A stretch of DNA of 64,000 nt from Nitrosopumilus sp. (GCA_965218785.1 OZ244650.1:1312001-1376000); one strand, 5' to 3'; positions 35,808-47,892 are shown, numbered from the stretch's first letter. A program made the numbers and translations. Notes: generated by a model not told the origin, from the sequence alone.

Positions 35808-36626
35808 TTATCTTTCCAGCTCTTTGATCTTTGCCGCCGTAATTTCGGCTGCCTTTTTCCCGGAATACAGCATTGAACCAAACGTCGGGCCCATCCGTGC
35901 AAGCCCGTGTGTCTCTGTAACTGACATGCCTGCTGCAATCAGCCCCGGATACACCTCGCCTGTCTTTTCAACGACGTGCTCCTCCCCGTCATTTACAAAC
36001 ATTGGCTCCATTCCCTTCCACTGCACCAGTCCGCGGTCCACGAGTCTTTTTACTGCCACAGAATCATGGCCTGACGCATCAATGATCACCTTTGCCTCAA
36101 AGGCGATCGGATCAACACAGGTGATGTTGCGTGGCAGTGCTGAAACCGGCATCCAGTTGACGACGATTCCCGTAACCCTGTTGTTTTTTAGTACCAGATC
36201 ATCGAACTTTGTGAGCTGCAGGAACTTTACCCCCGCATCACAGGCGCCTGCAATCAGCTTTGATACCGCATGCGGTCCTGGCGTCAGGTATAGCCCGTCT
36301 GAAACCTTTTTGTACGGGATTCCAAGTTCGTCCCAGATTTTCTGTGCAGGCTCCCTGACGGTGACGGGATTCATCATGTATCCCCCCAGCCAGTAGCCGC
36401 CACCCAGATAGTTGTTCTGCTCGATAACTAGAACCTTGTAACCCATGTTTGAGAGCTCCCTGCTGGCAGTCAGTCCTGCAGGGCCAGCACCAATTATGAT
36501 GACGTCTGATTCTGCCCTGTCAATTAGAACGCTGTGAAACTCGTTTGCAATAGCGCGTGTTATCTCCACCTCGCGCACGTTTGTAAATATTTTAGTAGAC
36601 TGCTGTGCAACTGTTGCCTCTTGCAT
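35808..36626 (-). CDS. thi4: Thiazole synthase Thi4 (Cys-type)
   Basis: IIGAGPAGL, LGGG.WLGG, TCVDP, RMGPTFGSMLYSG. Confidence 0.93.
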   Translation of the reverse strand: MQEATVAQQSTKIFTNVREVEITRAIANEFHSVLIDRAESDVIIIGAGPAGLTASRELSNMGYKVLVIEQNNYLGGGYWLGGYMMNPVTVREPAQKIWDELGIPYKKVSDGLYLTPGPHAVSKLIAGACDAGVKFLQLTKFDDLVLKNNRVTGIVVNWMPVSALPRNITCVDPIAFEAKVIIDASGHDSVAVKRLVDRGLVQWKGMEPMFVNDGEEHVVEKTGEVYPGLIAAGMSVTETHGLARMGPTFGSMLYSGKKAAEITAAKIKELER

Positions 36627-36806
36627 GCCTTGATTCTCCCTCTGAATAATTAATACGTTCCCACAAATTTTTTTGAAAATTAGGTGATACTAACTAATCA
36701 GGTTGAAATGGGCAGAAAAGCAGGAAGATTATGCAGATAGTTGAAAACATGCCTCCTAAAACTGCACATATCAAAAATTTATATCCAAACTAGGAGAACC
36801 TGTGGT

Positions 36807-38642
36807 ATGACAGTATATGATCCGGATTCATCAAACAGTAATGCCTCCAAGATAAACTGGGCCAGAACCGAAGAGGCAGACAATTTTGCCAAAACAGTAA
36901 AGTTGTTCCGCCAGGGCAGGTATGATGCGGACAGTTTTAGAAGATTCAGACTGCAGCACGGGGCATATGGCACGCGAATGACTAGCGACTATGCGATGGT
37001 CCGGATAAAGGTTCCCGCCGGTGAGATCCGGCCAGAACAGCTTGAAAGGATATCCCAGCTAAGCGAGCAGTTCTCGATTGGCAGTGCCCATTTTTCCACA
37101 AGAGAAAACATCCAGCTTCACTGGGTGGTACTAGAAGACGTCTCAGAGATACTACATGGTCTTGCCGATGTCGGACTGACATCAAGGGAGGCGTGTGGAA
37201 ACACGGTACGAAACGTAATGTGCAGTCCCATGTCAGGTGTGTGCCCCGATGAGGAATTTGATGCCACCCCGTATGCCCTGGCAACTGCCAGGTTCTTTTT
37301 GCGGAACCCGATGGCCCAGAATCTTCCACGCAAATTCAAGTTCAATTTTACGTGCTGTGAAAAACACGGCATGGCAAGAATGGTCGATGTCGGACTGATT
37401 CCTGCAACCAAGAGATCCGGAGGTGGGGATGCATCTGCAGACGATGTTCAAAAAGGTTTTAAGATATTCCTGGGCGGGGGACTTGGAAACAAGTCGTATG
37501 TGGGCCATCAGCTAGAAGAGTTCACCGCAGAAGAGGACCTGCTGTATACCTCGATTGCAGTAATGAGGATATTTGACAGGATGGGGGACAGGAAAAACCT
37601 TGCAAGAAACAGAATGCGTTATCTTGTAAACGACATGGGATGGGAGAACTTTCAGAACCTCGTGCTAAAGGAGAGGGCCACAGTGCGCGCCACCCAGTCC
37701 GTAGTTACGCAGCTTGACGTTGATGTGACGCCAAACAAGATCAGACGTCCGGTCAGGATTACGGGGGAGGATGGTAATAATAATAATAATAATTCCACAC
37801 AGGATGGTTTTGCAAGATGGCTCAAAACCAACACCGTCAAACAAAAACAGTCCGGCTACCATTCCGTATTTGTCACCCTTGAGGCAGGCGACATCACGGC
37901 AAGCCAGCTTGTATCACTGGCAGACCTTGTCCGTAACTTCTCATCAGAGAACTGCGCCCGGGCAGGTTTCATGCAGAATATCGCGCTGCGGTATGTTCAT
38001 GAGGAGGACCTGCCACCGCTGTATTCCAGTCTGTTAAAGGCAGGACTGGCAAAATCCGGTGCGCTGACCATGGCAGCCCCCATCGGGTGTTCTGGAACGA
38101 CATCGTGCAATCTTGCACTGACTAACTCACACAGGCTCGCAAAGGAGATTCAAAGGAGGTTCCTCGAGCTCAAATTCGACGAGGATGACGATCTTGCAGA
38201 ATCTTCCATAAAGATAAGCGGCTGTCCGAACTCCTGCGGACAGCACGGTATTGCGACCATCGGATTCTTTGGCGGCGGGGGGCGTGTCGGAAAGGACATG
38301 TATGCAAATTATCAAATGTCACTGGGAGGACGCTCTGATGGGGATACCATGCTGGGGCAGACGTGTCTCAGGGTTCCTGCCAAAAGGGTAATCCCGGTAA
38401 TCCTGAAGATAATCGAGGTCTTCAGAGAAAATAAAAAACCAGAAGACACCCTCAAATCCTGGATTCACAGGATCATAGTTGGCAGCGAGGGCTCTAAGAT
38501 AAGCACGGTTAGTGACGTGAAGAAGATTTTAGAGCCGCTGACTGTTCCGCCCTCCAAGGAAGACGATCCGGACTTTTACCTGGATTATGGAAATGATACC
38601 AGCTACCACACAAAGACTGGAAAGGGCGAGTGTGCTGCTTGA
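36807..38642 (+). CDS. Ferredoxin-dependent sulfite/nitrite reductase (siroheme)
   Basis: TRENIQ, CGNTVRN, LPRKFK, CSGTTSC and SGCPNSC cluster ligands. Confidence 0.92.
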   Translation: MTVYDPDSSNSNASKINWARTEEADNFAKTVKLFRQGRYDADSFRRFRLQHGAYGTRMTSDYAMVRIKVPAGEIRPEQLERISQLSEQFSIGSAHFSTRENIQLHWVVLEDVSEILHGLADVGLTSREACGNTVRNVMCSPMSGVCPDEEFDATPYALATARFFLRNPMAQNLPRKFKFNFTCCEKHGMARMVDVGLIPATKRSGGGDASADDVQKGFKIFLGGGLGNKSYVGHQLEEFTAEEDLLYTSIAVMRIFDRMGDRKNLARNRMRYLVNDMGWENFQNLVLKERATVRATQSVVTQLDVDVTPNKIRRPVRITGEDGNNNNNNSTQDGFARWLKTNTVKQKQSGYHSVFVTLEAGDITASQLVSLADLVRNFSSENCARAGFMQNIALRYVHEEDLPPLYSSLLKAGLAKSGALTMAAPIGCSGTTSCNLALTNSHRLAKEIQRRFLELKFDEDDDLAESSIKISGCPNSCGQHGIATIGFFGGGGRVGKDMYANYQMSLGGRSDGDTMLGQTCLRVPAKRVIPVILKIIEVFRENKKPEDTLKSWIHRIIVGSEGSKISTVSDVKKILEPLTVPPSKEDDPDFYLDYGNDTSYHTKTGKGECAA

Positions 38643-38659
38643 GTGGATCTGATGCGGTG

Positions 38660-39439
38660 ATGACCGGCGTTGATGCGCTGCGCTCGAAACTGGGGGATAA
38701 AAGCGTCCGAGTAATAGACGTTCGACGTCTGGAGGACTACAAAAAGGATCACATTCCAACTGCGGTAAACCTGCCACTGGCAACTCTTTTGTCTGATGAC
38801 AGCCCCAAGCGCGTTGCCAGTCTTGCAGCCGGTATGGGTATCGATGAGCAGACCCCGGTCGTGATATATGATGATACCTTTGGCGCCCTGGCATCAAGGG
38901 TGGCATGGACGCTTGAATACCTGGGTCACCGGGATGTGACGCTACTTGAGACGACATTTGGCGGCTGGAAGTCACAGGGACTAGAGTGCGACTCGGATAT
39001 TCCGGATGTGCAGACCAAAAAAGAGCACGCAGTTGACTTGCAGCCGGACATCATGGCCACGTCTGATTACCTGGAGGATGCAAGAGGAAGGGACGGTGTA
39101 ATCCTAATTGACAACAGGGAGCGATTAAACTATCTAGAACAGCACATTCCAGGCGCAGTCAGCCTCCCGTACAGGACGCTTGCCAGCAATGAAAAGATTC
39201 TGCGTCCAAAAGAGGAGATGAGGCGGCTGCTAGAAAACCGCGGCATTACCGGGGGCTCTGAGATTATAACGTATTGTGGCAGCGTGGGCACACTATCTGG
39301 TCTGGCATACTATGCCCTAAAATCCGCAGGTCTGCCCAATGCAAAACTATACGTCCGCTCCTTTAAGGAATGGAAGAACCTTCAAAAGCCCACTGAACGG
39401 CAGGAGGATGCCAGCTACTGGGATCTCTCTGCCGAATGA
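38660..39439 (+). CDS. Two-domain rhodanese/thiosulfate sulfurtransferase
   Basis: IDVR, HIPTAV, ASRVAWTLEYLGH, HIPGAV, YCGS. Confidence 0.9.
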   Translation: MTGVDALRSKLGDKSVRVIDVRRLEDYKKDHIPTAVNLPLATLLSDDSPKRVASLAAGMGIDEQTPVVIYDDTFGALASRVAWTLEYLGHRDVTLLETTFGGWKSQGLECDSDIPDVQTKKEHAVDLQPDIMATSDYLEDARGRDGVILIDNRERLNYLEQHIPGAVSLPYRTLASNEKILRPKEEMRRLLENRGITGGSEIITYCGSVGTLSGLAYYALKSAGLPNAKLYVRSFKEWKNLQKPTERQEDASYWDLSAE

Positions 39440-40563
39440 CTGGTTGTTATCTCGCTTCTCAGCTTTTTGGTAATCGTGGCCTCGATGTTGTCAAATAACA
39501 CCATCATCTTGTCCTGGTTGTCAATCAGATAGTCCTCCCCCCTGTCCTTTAATCTGATCTTCCACAGTCTTATCTCCCGGTGCTCGTCAAAAAAGATCTC
39601 AATCATCTGCTGTCCTGACTTTTTAGGATCAATGAACTGATCAAAGATCTCGATGGTCTTCTCGACGTCCTTCTCCTCGATTGCCTCCCTTGCCGTCTGG
39701 ATTGACTGGCTTAGCTCCCTTAAATTCTTGACCGGTCTTGGCAGCGTCTTTCTTGTAATTCCAAACAGGCCTTTCTTTTCCTTGCCGAGCTTCTCTGCAA
39801 CGTTTGCCGCAAGATCATATATTGGAATCTTGCTGAGACCCTCGCGCTTTTCATTTTGTACGATGAGTCCCTTTTCCAGTAGTTTTCTTAGCGCGTTCTC
39901 CGCATCTACCTTGTCCAGAAATGTAGTCCAGACAATCGCGCCGATTGTGTGGTATCCCTGTCGGACGGATTCTAACACCACGACCTCCTGAATTCTTTTA
40001 AAGCCCTCTTCGATTCTGACATTTCTGAAATCCTCGTCGCGGATTGATTTTCTGGCGTTTTTGACATCGATCTCAATGGAGCGTTTTAGCGCCTCTAGTG
40101 ATTCTGGCACCTGGTTTAGCAGTGAGAGAAAGCATGCCTTGTTGTACCATGCCATGTCGTATGTTGGGTCGGACTCTATTGCCTTTTCTGCGGCATCTAG
40201 TGCCTTTGCATACTTTTTCTGCTGATAATGTACCAGTCCTTTCAGATTCCAGGCCTCCGGATTTGTAACATCGATATCGAGGATCCTGTCATATATCCTC
40301 AGGGCCATGTTGTGATCATCTAGATGAAATCTTGCATAACCCATCTTTAGCAGGGTCTCTACGTTGCCGGGATCAATTCTTAGCGCCTGCTCAAAGACTT
40401 CCACTGCCTCTTCTAGCTTTTCATCTGCCATGAGGTTGATCCCTTTTTTGAATAATTTCTTGCGATTATAATCCGAATCCACCAGACCGGTGGTATCCTC
40501 ACTTTTTACAGTCTTTTCATCATCTGACTCTTCCACTGATTTTCTCCCAAACGGTTTTTTCAC
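39415..40563 (-). CDS. TPR-repeat protein
   Basis: Several TPR units (AWNLKG, AWYNKACF); start inferred at GTG. Confidence 0.88.
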   Translation of the reverse strand: MKKPFGRKSVEESDDEKTVKSEDTTGLVDSDYNRKKLFKKGINLMADEKLEEAVEVFEQALRIDPGNVETLLKMGYARFHLDDHNMALRIYDRILDIDVTNPEAWNLKGLVHYQQKKYAKALDAAEKAIESDPTYDMAWYNKACFLSLLNQVPESLEALKRSIEIDVKNARKSIRDEDFRNVRIEEGFKRIQEVVVLESVRQGYHTIGAIVWTTFLDKVDAENALRKLLEKGLIVQNEKREGLSKIPIYDLAANVAEKLGKEKKGLFGITRKTLPRPVKNLRELSQSIQTAREAIEEKDVEKTIEIFDQFIDPKKSGQQMIEIFFDEHREIRLWKIRLKDRGEDYLIDNQDKMMVLFDNIEATITKKLRSEITTSHSAERSQ

Positions 40564-40663
40564 TAGCTCAAAATGTAGTTTATCTAGATAAATACCATCC
40601 TTTGCTTGGCATATCTGCGGTATATTGAACCTGCTGTGCGATCTAAATACAGAAATACTTGAA

Positions 40664-42169
<1,506 letters not shown>

Positions 42170-42190
42170 CTAGGTCAGAAAAGTGATACA

Positions 42191-42475
42191 ATGAGCGAAA
42201 AACCAAACAAGATTGAATTTGAGATGTTAGACTATAAACGGCTCGAAAACGACTTTGTATCCTTTGAACTAGATGACGGGGCCACAGTAAAAGTCAAAGT
42301 TGATCTGGACAAGGTTGGAAAGGCAGTAAATTATAAAAATCCTGACGGGACCCCGCACTATGCAATCAGCACGACAGTCAAACTAGCAGTCATTCCACGC
42401 AACAGAAAATTTTCAGTGGAAAGAAAATCCGTTACGGGAACAGACACAAAACCCCCGGGACAGATGTTTAGTTGA
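42191..42475 (+). CDS. Hypothetical protein
   Basis: 94 aa, co-oriented downstream of the collagen gene. Confidence 0.75.
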   Translation: MSEKPNKIEFEMLDYKRLENDFVSFELDDGATVKVKVDLDKVGKAVNYKNPDGTPHYAISTTVKLAVIPRNRKFSVERKSVTGTDTKPPGQMFS

Positions 42476-42543
42476 CACTCTAGGATTTAGAAAAAGGAAA
42501 ACAATTCGCCGTCTATATGACGATTGTTAGTTTGTAGACGAGC

Positions 42544-42906
42544 TTATCGTCTTTTTCTTTTAGCTGCGGTTCTACGTTTTGGAGCTGCCTTGCGTTTTGG
42601 AGCTGCTTTACGTTTAGCTGCTGTTCTACGTTTTGGAGCTGCCTTGCGTTTTGGAGCTGCTTTACGTTTAGCTGCTGTTCTACGTTTTGGAGCTGCCTTG
42701 CGTTTTGGAGCTGCTTTACGTTTAGCTGCTGTTCTACGTTTTGGAGCTGCCTTGCGTTTAGCTGCTGTTCTACGTTTTGGAGCTGCCTTGCGTTTAGCTG
42801 CTGTTCTACGTTTTGGAGCTGCCTTGCGTTTAGCTGCTGTTCTACGTTTTGGAGCTGCTTTTCTGGTTGAACCACGTTTAGCTGCAGCTTTTCTTTTTGT
42901 AGCCAT
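42544..42906 (-). CDS. Histone H1-like Lys/Arg/Ala-rich repeat protein
   Basis: MATKRK.. then tandem AAKRKAAPKRRT (36 bp) and 54-bp variants. Confidence 0.8.
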   Translation of the reverse strand: MATKRKAAAKRGSTRKAAPKRRTAAKRKAAPKRRTAAKRKAAPKRRTAAKRKAAPKRRTAAKRKAAPKRKAAPKRRTAAKRKAAPKRKAAPKRRTAAKRKAAPKRKAAPKRRTAAKRKRR

Positions 42907-43022
42907 TGTTGAATCGACCTTTTCATAGTTTTTCAGTGGTTAGACTAAAGAAAGTTATACAAACTGATAACAATTAATCAAGTAACTTTCTGTTCTAAAA
43001 CATTTTTTTGATCGTAAAATTT

Positions 43023-43199
43023 TCAATAAACACTTTCTGCTGACGGTCTTCTGCCTTGTAACCAACTAGTTTTGCCACAAATACTGCATTTGTACTTCCT
43101 TCTACGCTTGTATGTGGCCATTTCCGGAAGAAAAACCAGCTCTTGTTTTGTTTTTGCCATACAAAACCTGCACCATCTCTGCTCATTTTCCTGATCCAT
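43023..43199 (-). CDS. 58-aa zinc-ribbon protein (not in ORF track)
   Basis: MDQENEQRWCRFCMAKTKQELVFLPEMATYKRRRKYKCSICGKTSWLQGRRPSAESVY; starts 6 bp after the GTPase stop. Confidence 0.75.
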   Translation of the reverse strand: MDQENEQRWCRFCMAKTKQELVFLPEMATYKRRRKYKCSICGKTSWLQGRRPSAESVY

Positions 43200-43205
43200 T
43201 TTACG

Positions 43206-44315
43206 CTACACTCCCCTTTTTTTGATGATCGTCAGCACGTCTTCATCTTGCAGGATATGCGCCAGTCCCACTCGTTGTCCCCCAAATTTTACGCTTTTAC
43301 CCCACACCAAACCATATCTGAACTCCCGCTTCATCCTCCGGTGTAACTTGTTGCAGATATCCTCAACTGTATCGCCCTCCCTTGCAATCAGTGGTTCCTT
43401 GAAATCCGTCTCGCCGCCTTTGGGTCTCATGTAGATTCTGATGAATTTCAACATCGCATAGATCTTCTCTTTTAGCAGTTCGACGTTGATATCCGAATTT
43501 GCAGATACCTCGATCACGTCTGTTTTTATCTTTGTCTTCAAATCCTTTAGAAACTCCTTGTCAACTAGATCAATTTTATTTAGGATTGTAAGTGATTTTG
43601 AATGGCTGATGTTTCCTGCAATGTGATCTGAGAGCTGTTCTGATGTGATATTCTCCCTTATGACGACACGCGCACTGACAATTCCATAAAGATGCAGGAT
43701 ATCCTTGAGATGTTTTTCTGTAATCTTTGTCATCTTAACCTGCTGCGCAATTGCGATTCCCCCCATTCCGGCTTTTTCAATTGTAATGTTTGGCGGCAGC
43801 TGGTTTAGCCGGATTCCGATGTTTCCCAGTTCGTTTACCAGTACGTCCTCGTGGTACGGCTGGAACACATCTAGCATCAGCAATACAAGATCCGCGGTTC
43901 TTGCAACGGAGAGTATCCTTTTTCCCAGCCCTTTTCCGGTGGATGCCCCCTTTATGATTCCAGGAAGATCCAGCATCTGGATTTTTGCACCCCGGTACTC
44001 CATCATCCCGGGAACAACAGTTAACGTTGTAAATTGAAACGCCCCGACGGTGGATTTTGCCTCTGTCATTTTGTTTAGCAGCGTGGATTTTCCGACACTT
44101 GGAAGCCCGATAAACACGACGGTGGCATCCCCTGTCCTTCGGACATCAAACCCGTCTGATTTCATGCCGGATTTTTTGGTAATGTTGTCTTCCTGCTCCC
44201 TTTTTAGCTTTGCAATCTTTGCCTTTAGCAGTCCGATGTGGTGCTCTGTTGCCTTGTTGATCTGAGTCTTTGCCATCTCATCCTGGATGGCTTTGATTTT
44301 TTCAGGAATTCCCAC
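43206..44315 (-). CDS. DRG/OBG-family GTPase with TGS domain
   Basis: INKATEHHIGLLKAK, GLPSVGKS, FTTL, DLPG, NKID, VWGKSVKF. Confidence 0.95.
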   Translation of the reverse strand: MGIPEKIKAIQDEMAKTQINKATEHHIGLLKAKIAKLKREQEDNITKKSGMKSDGFDVRRTGDATVVFIGLPSVGKSTLLNKMTEAKSTVGAFQFTTLTVVPGMMEYRGAKIQMLDLPGIIKGASTGKGLGKRILSVARTADLVLLMLDVFQPYHEDVLVNELGNIGIRLNQLPPNITIEKAGMGGIAIAQQVKMTKITEKHLKDILHLYGIVSARVVIRENITSEQLSDHIAGNISHSKSLTILNKIDLVDKEFLKDLKTKIKTDVIEVSANSDINVELLKEKIYAMLKFIRIYMRPKGGETDFKEPLIAREGDTVEDICNKLHRRMKREFRYGLVWGKSVKFGGQRVGLAHILQDEDVLTIIKKRGV

Positions 44316-44405
44316 TTTGATTCATCTACAAGAAAATTCTTTTCAAATAAAACCGTATTACTTTGCCTGCGGAGCAAATATTATTCGGTCTGTAAATCAG
44401 TCTGT

Positions 44406-45101
44406 ATGAAAAAGCGAACATTTGCCGTGGATATTGACGGTACGATTACGGAAAATGGCGGCGGTCAGATACACTTGGACGCACTTGATGCGTTAAGGCG
44501 GCTAGTCAACATGGGACACAACGTCATCTTCGTTACAGGCCGTTCGTCAGTCGAGGGATATCTGCTGGCAGTATTTGCCGGAACCACAAAGATCTCAGTG
44601 GGTGAAAACGGCGGGTGTATAACCATGGATTCCAACAAGCACATCCTGATTGGCGATATCCAGGTGTGCAAAGACGCATTTGAGATAATCCGTGGCAGTA
44701 TCGATGACGTACGAGAAAAGCCAGTTTTTCCCAGGATGACTGAGGTAGTCCTGGATCGAACATTTGATTTAAGCGCTGCCAGGGAACTGATTGCCAGAAA
44801 CAACATGGGGGTGACCCTGTCTGACAGCCAGTACGCATACCATCTCAATTCCCGCGGAGTCGACAAGGGATCCGGGTTTGGTGAAATCATGAAAAAGTAT
44901 TCCATCTCCAAAGACGACGTGATTGCCATAGGTGATAGCGCGACTGATATCCCGTTGTTCCGGGTGGCAAAGACAAGCGTTGCATTAGGAAACGCATCTG
45001 ATCAGGTGAGATCCGCTGCAACCATGACAGTCTCTGCTAGTGCCGGTGATGGCGTTTTAGAGGCATTAGATAAATTAGCGCCCAAGTTATCGGAGATGTA
45101 A
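44406..45101 (+). CDS. Archaeal phosphoglycolate phosphatase (HAD IIB)
   Basis: DIDGTIT, TGR, ENGG, VDKG, IGDSATD. Confidence 0.88.
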   Translation: MKKRTFAVDIDGTITENGGGQIHLDALDALRRLVNMGHNVIFVTGRSSVEGYLLAVFAGTTKISVGENGGCITMDSNKHILIGDIQVCKDAFEIIRGSIDDVREKPVFPRMTEVVLDRTFDLSAARELIARNNMGVTLSDSQYAYHLNSRGVDKGSGFGEIMKKYSISKDDVIAIGDSATDIPLFRVAKTSVALGNASDQVRSAATMTVSASAGDGVLEALDKLAPKLSEM

Positions 45102-47011
45102 TGGCATTCAAGTCGATCATCGAGGAAATTGAGAATAACCTCGCGTTGATTCTCGAGGAGTTATCCATATCGGGTATCAGGTTCCTAGTCGAACCAGCAA
45201 AACCTGGATTCGGCGATGTCAGCTCAAACATTGCGTTTCTGCTTGCAAGGGAACTCGGGAAGAGCCCCCCGGAGATTGCGCAGATGCTCTCTGAGAGGTA
45301 TCAGAGTTATTCCGGTACGCTTGTTATGACATCAGAGGCTCATCCCTCTGGAAACCTTAATTTTTTTGCCAACTGGGAAAAACTAAGCCAGTTGATCCTC
45401 TCTGAATCACACCTTCCTGAATTCGGGGATGTGGATGTTGGAAACAACACTGAAATCGTAGTAGAGCATACCAGTGTTAATCCGAACAAGGCCCTGCACA
45501 TAGGCCACATTAGAAACATCGTCGTAGGGGATACCGTTTCGAGAATTCTCAAAAAGGCAAACTATAACGTCAGTGTTTTAAACTATGTCGATGATTCCGG
45601 TCTTCAGGTGGCAGATATCATAGTCGGCTTTAAACATCTGGGATTTGATCTGACGCCACCTGACGGGAAAAAGTTTGATCATTACTGCGGTGATGACGTG
45701 TATGTAAAGACCACCCAGAAATACGAGTCAGATCCCAGTCTGGAAAAAATAAGGAAAAACGTTCTCAAGGAACTTGAAGACGGTAATTCTGAAACTGCAA
45801 AATTTGCAGATATTGTGACTAAAAAAGTGCTGATGAACCAGTTAGAGACGTGCTGGAACCTGTCCGTATATTATGACTGTCTAAATTTTGAATCACACAT
45901 AATCCGTTCTGGGTTGTGGAGTAAGATATTTGAAAAGATCAAGGAGATGAACCTGATCGAGTTTGAGGATGAGGGGAAGAATGCAGGATGCTGGGTGATT
46001 CGCGGCGATGGTAAGGGTGAGGAAGACAAGGTAATAGTTCGAAGTAACGGGACTGCCACGTATATTGCAAAGGATATTCCGTATGCCGCATGGAAACTTG
46101 GGCTGATTGAGGAGGATCCGTTCCATTATAAGAAATATGAAAAAAAGCAGCCAGGCTCAAGGGTTTTGTGGCAGACCACTCTGGAAGATTCCCCAGATAA
46201 ACCCGCACAGAGTTTTTTCGGTGATAAGGTAATCACCGTAATTGATTCCAGGCAGGCCCGCCTGCAGAAAATCATCACGTCCTTGATGGCAAAATTCAAG
46301 TCTGATCCTGACGCATACGTCCATCTCAGTTATGAATCAGTCACCCTCAGTCCGGAAACTGCCAAAATACTGGGATTTGAGACGGGTGCAAAACAGGCCC
46401 AGATGTCTGGAAGAAAGGGATTCTATGTCAGTGCTGATTCCGTTTATGATTTGTTGTACAAGCGGACCACAGATGAGACCAAAAAGAGGCATCCCCAAAT
46501 GGATTCATCAGAGATCGCAGGAATCGCCCATGACGTATCAGTTGGAACCCTGCGATATGAGATGATAAAACAGGATCTAGACAAGATCATCGCATTTGAC
46601 CTGGCAAGGTCGCTGAGTCTGGATGGAGATACTGCCCCCTACATACAGTATGCTTATGCGCGAGCCGCACGAATCTTGGAAAAATCCGGACGTTCTACTG
46701 CTAGCACGTCCTCTTTTATCGACGTTGATTTTTCCCTGCTTGTAGAAAAATCAGAGCTGGATTTGATCAGGACGATAGGCCTGTTTGAGATTCATGTATG
46801 GGATGCTGCCAGGAACATCTCCCCCAAAGTGATTGCCAGATACTGTCACGAGCTGGCAGTTGCCTTTAACTCGTTTTATGAAAATGTTCACGTTTTGGAT
46901 CTTGGGGATACGGCATTGGAGGGCGCTCGTTTGTGCGTTGTAAATTCATTTAAAATCACACTTGAAAAGTCGCTGGACCTGCTGGGGATTGTCGCACCAG
47001 ATAAAATGTAG
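45101..47011 (+). CDS. argS: Arginine--tRNA ligase
   Basis: FGD, VEHTSVNPNKALHIGHIRN, MSGRKG, YIQYAYARA. Confidence 0.96.
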   Translation: MAFKSIIEEIENNLALILEELSISGIRFLVEPAKPGFGDVSSNIAFLLARELGKSPPEIAQMLSERYQSYSGTLVMTSEAHPSGNLNFFANWEKLSQLILSESHLPEFGDVDVGNNTEIVVEHTSVNPNKALHIGHIRNIVVGDTVSRILKKANYNVSVLNYVDDSGLQVADIIVGFKHLGFDLTPPDGKKFDHYCGDDVYVKTTQKYESDPSLEKIRKNVLKELEDGNSETAKFADIVTKKVLMNQLETCWNLSVYYDCLNFESHIIRSGLWSKIFEKIKEMNLIEFEDEGKNAGCWVIRGDGKGEEDKVIVRSNGTATYIAKDIPYAAWKLGLIEEDPFHYKKYEKKQPGSRVLWQTTLEDSPDKPAQSFFGDKVITVIDSRQARLQKIITSLMAKFKSDPDAYVHLSYESVTLSPETAKILGFETGAKQAQMSGRKGFYVSADSVYDLLYKRTTDETKKRHPQMDSSEIAGIAHDVSVGTLRYEMIKQDLDKIIAFDLARSLSLDGDTAPYIQYAYARAARILEKSGRSTASTSSFIDVDFSLLVEKSELDLIRTIGLFEIHVWDAARNISPKVIARYCHELAVAFNSFYENVHVLDLGDTALEGARLCVVNSFKITLEKSLDLLGIVAPDKM

Positions 47012-47196
47012 ATATTGGTTTTGTAAAATCTGTTTGATGAACATTTGGTTTTTACTGAAATTGGAGTGTAAGTCAGGCACCTAAGTTGATGCGTCCTGGG
47101 GAAAATGTGCGTTATATCAGTTGCATGCGTGCATGCCAAGGTTTTTTCCTTAGTGAATTTGGGTATTTTTTTTCCATATCTGAAATTATTTTCATA

Positions 47197-47892
47197 TTAT
47201 TTTCTTCGTAATACCAGTTCCCACTGCGACCACGTACCAGTCTTTGGTGGAATTCTTTTCATGGTATTCTCATACGGAGGGGTGACGCACTCAAAGTTTT
47301 CACATATCTCATCTAGTTCTTGACGTGAGTAAAAATGGATGTAAAGATCCTTTTTTGGACCCTCCAGATATTGGATGGTCAGTCCACCGTTAGAATTTCT
47401 TTGATGTACATTGTGCTTGAAATGGATCTCAGTAGATACGGAATTTACACGTAAAAACAGCAATCCTTCAGGCTTTAGCATCTTCAATACCTTCTCAAAG
47501 TATTTTTTTACGCGTTCTTGTGTACCGTGCTGAAAAACCTGTATTGATATGATGTAGTCAAATGACTTGCGCGAATTAAAGTCTATAAAATCCACACATC
47601 GCAGTTTGTCTGCAAGTCCCGGTCTTTTCTCTGATAACTGCGTTATTGCGACTTTTGATATGTCTATTCCAAAAACATTCAGTCCCGAATCTGCCATAGG
47701 GATGTAGTTTCTGCCGTTGCCGCATCCAATGTACAGACCAGCCCCTTTTGATATGTCGGGGGTTTTTTCAAGTGTTTCTTTGATTCTGCGGACAAATTCT
47801 ATCTGAGAATCATCACGATATCTGCCATCTTTGTATTCTTTGTTCCATCTTTGAGATGTCACACTGTTTTTTTTCATAGTGTTTGGTTCCAT
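47197..47892 (-). CDS. Class I SAM-dependent methyltransferase
   Basis: LYIGCGNGRN, GIDIS, FDYIIS, LKPEGLLF. Confidence 0.88.
   Translation of the reverse strand: MEPNTMKKNSVTSQRWNKEYKDGRYRDDSQIEFVRRIKETLEKTPDISKGAGLYIGCGNGRNYIPMADSGLNVFGIDISKVAITQLSEKRPGLADKLRCVDFIDFNSRKSFDYIISIQVFQHGTQERVKKYFEKVLKMLKPEGLLFLRVNSVSTEIHFKHNVHQRNSNGGLTIQYLEGPKKDLYIHFYSRQELDEICENFECVTPPYENTMKRIPPKTGTWSQWELVLRRK

Noticed and set aside
42513-42928. Alternative frames over the basic repeat (QLQNVEQQLN.. and AALRFG..)
   Set aside because: By-products of the tandem repeat; the MATKRK frame has a proper ATG and a plausible composition.
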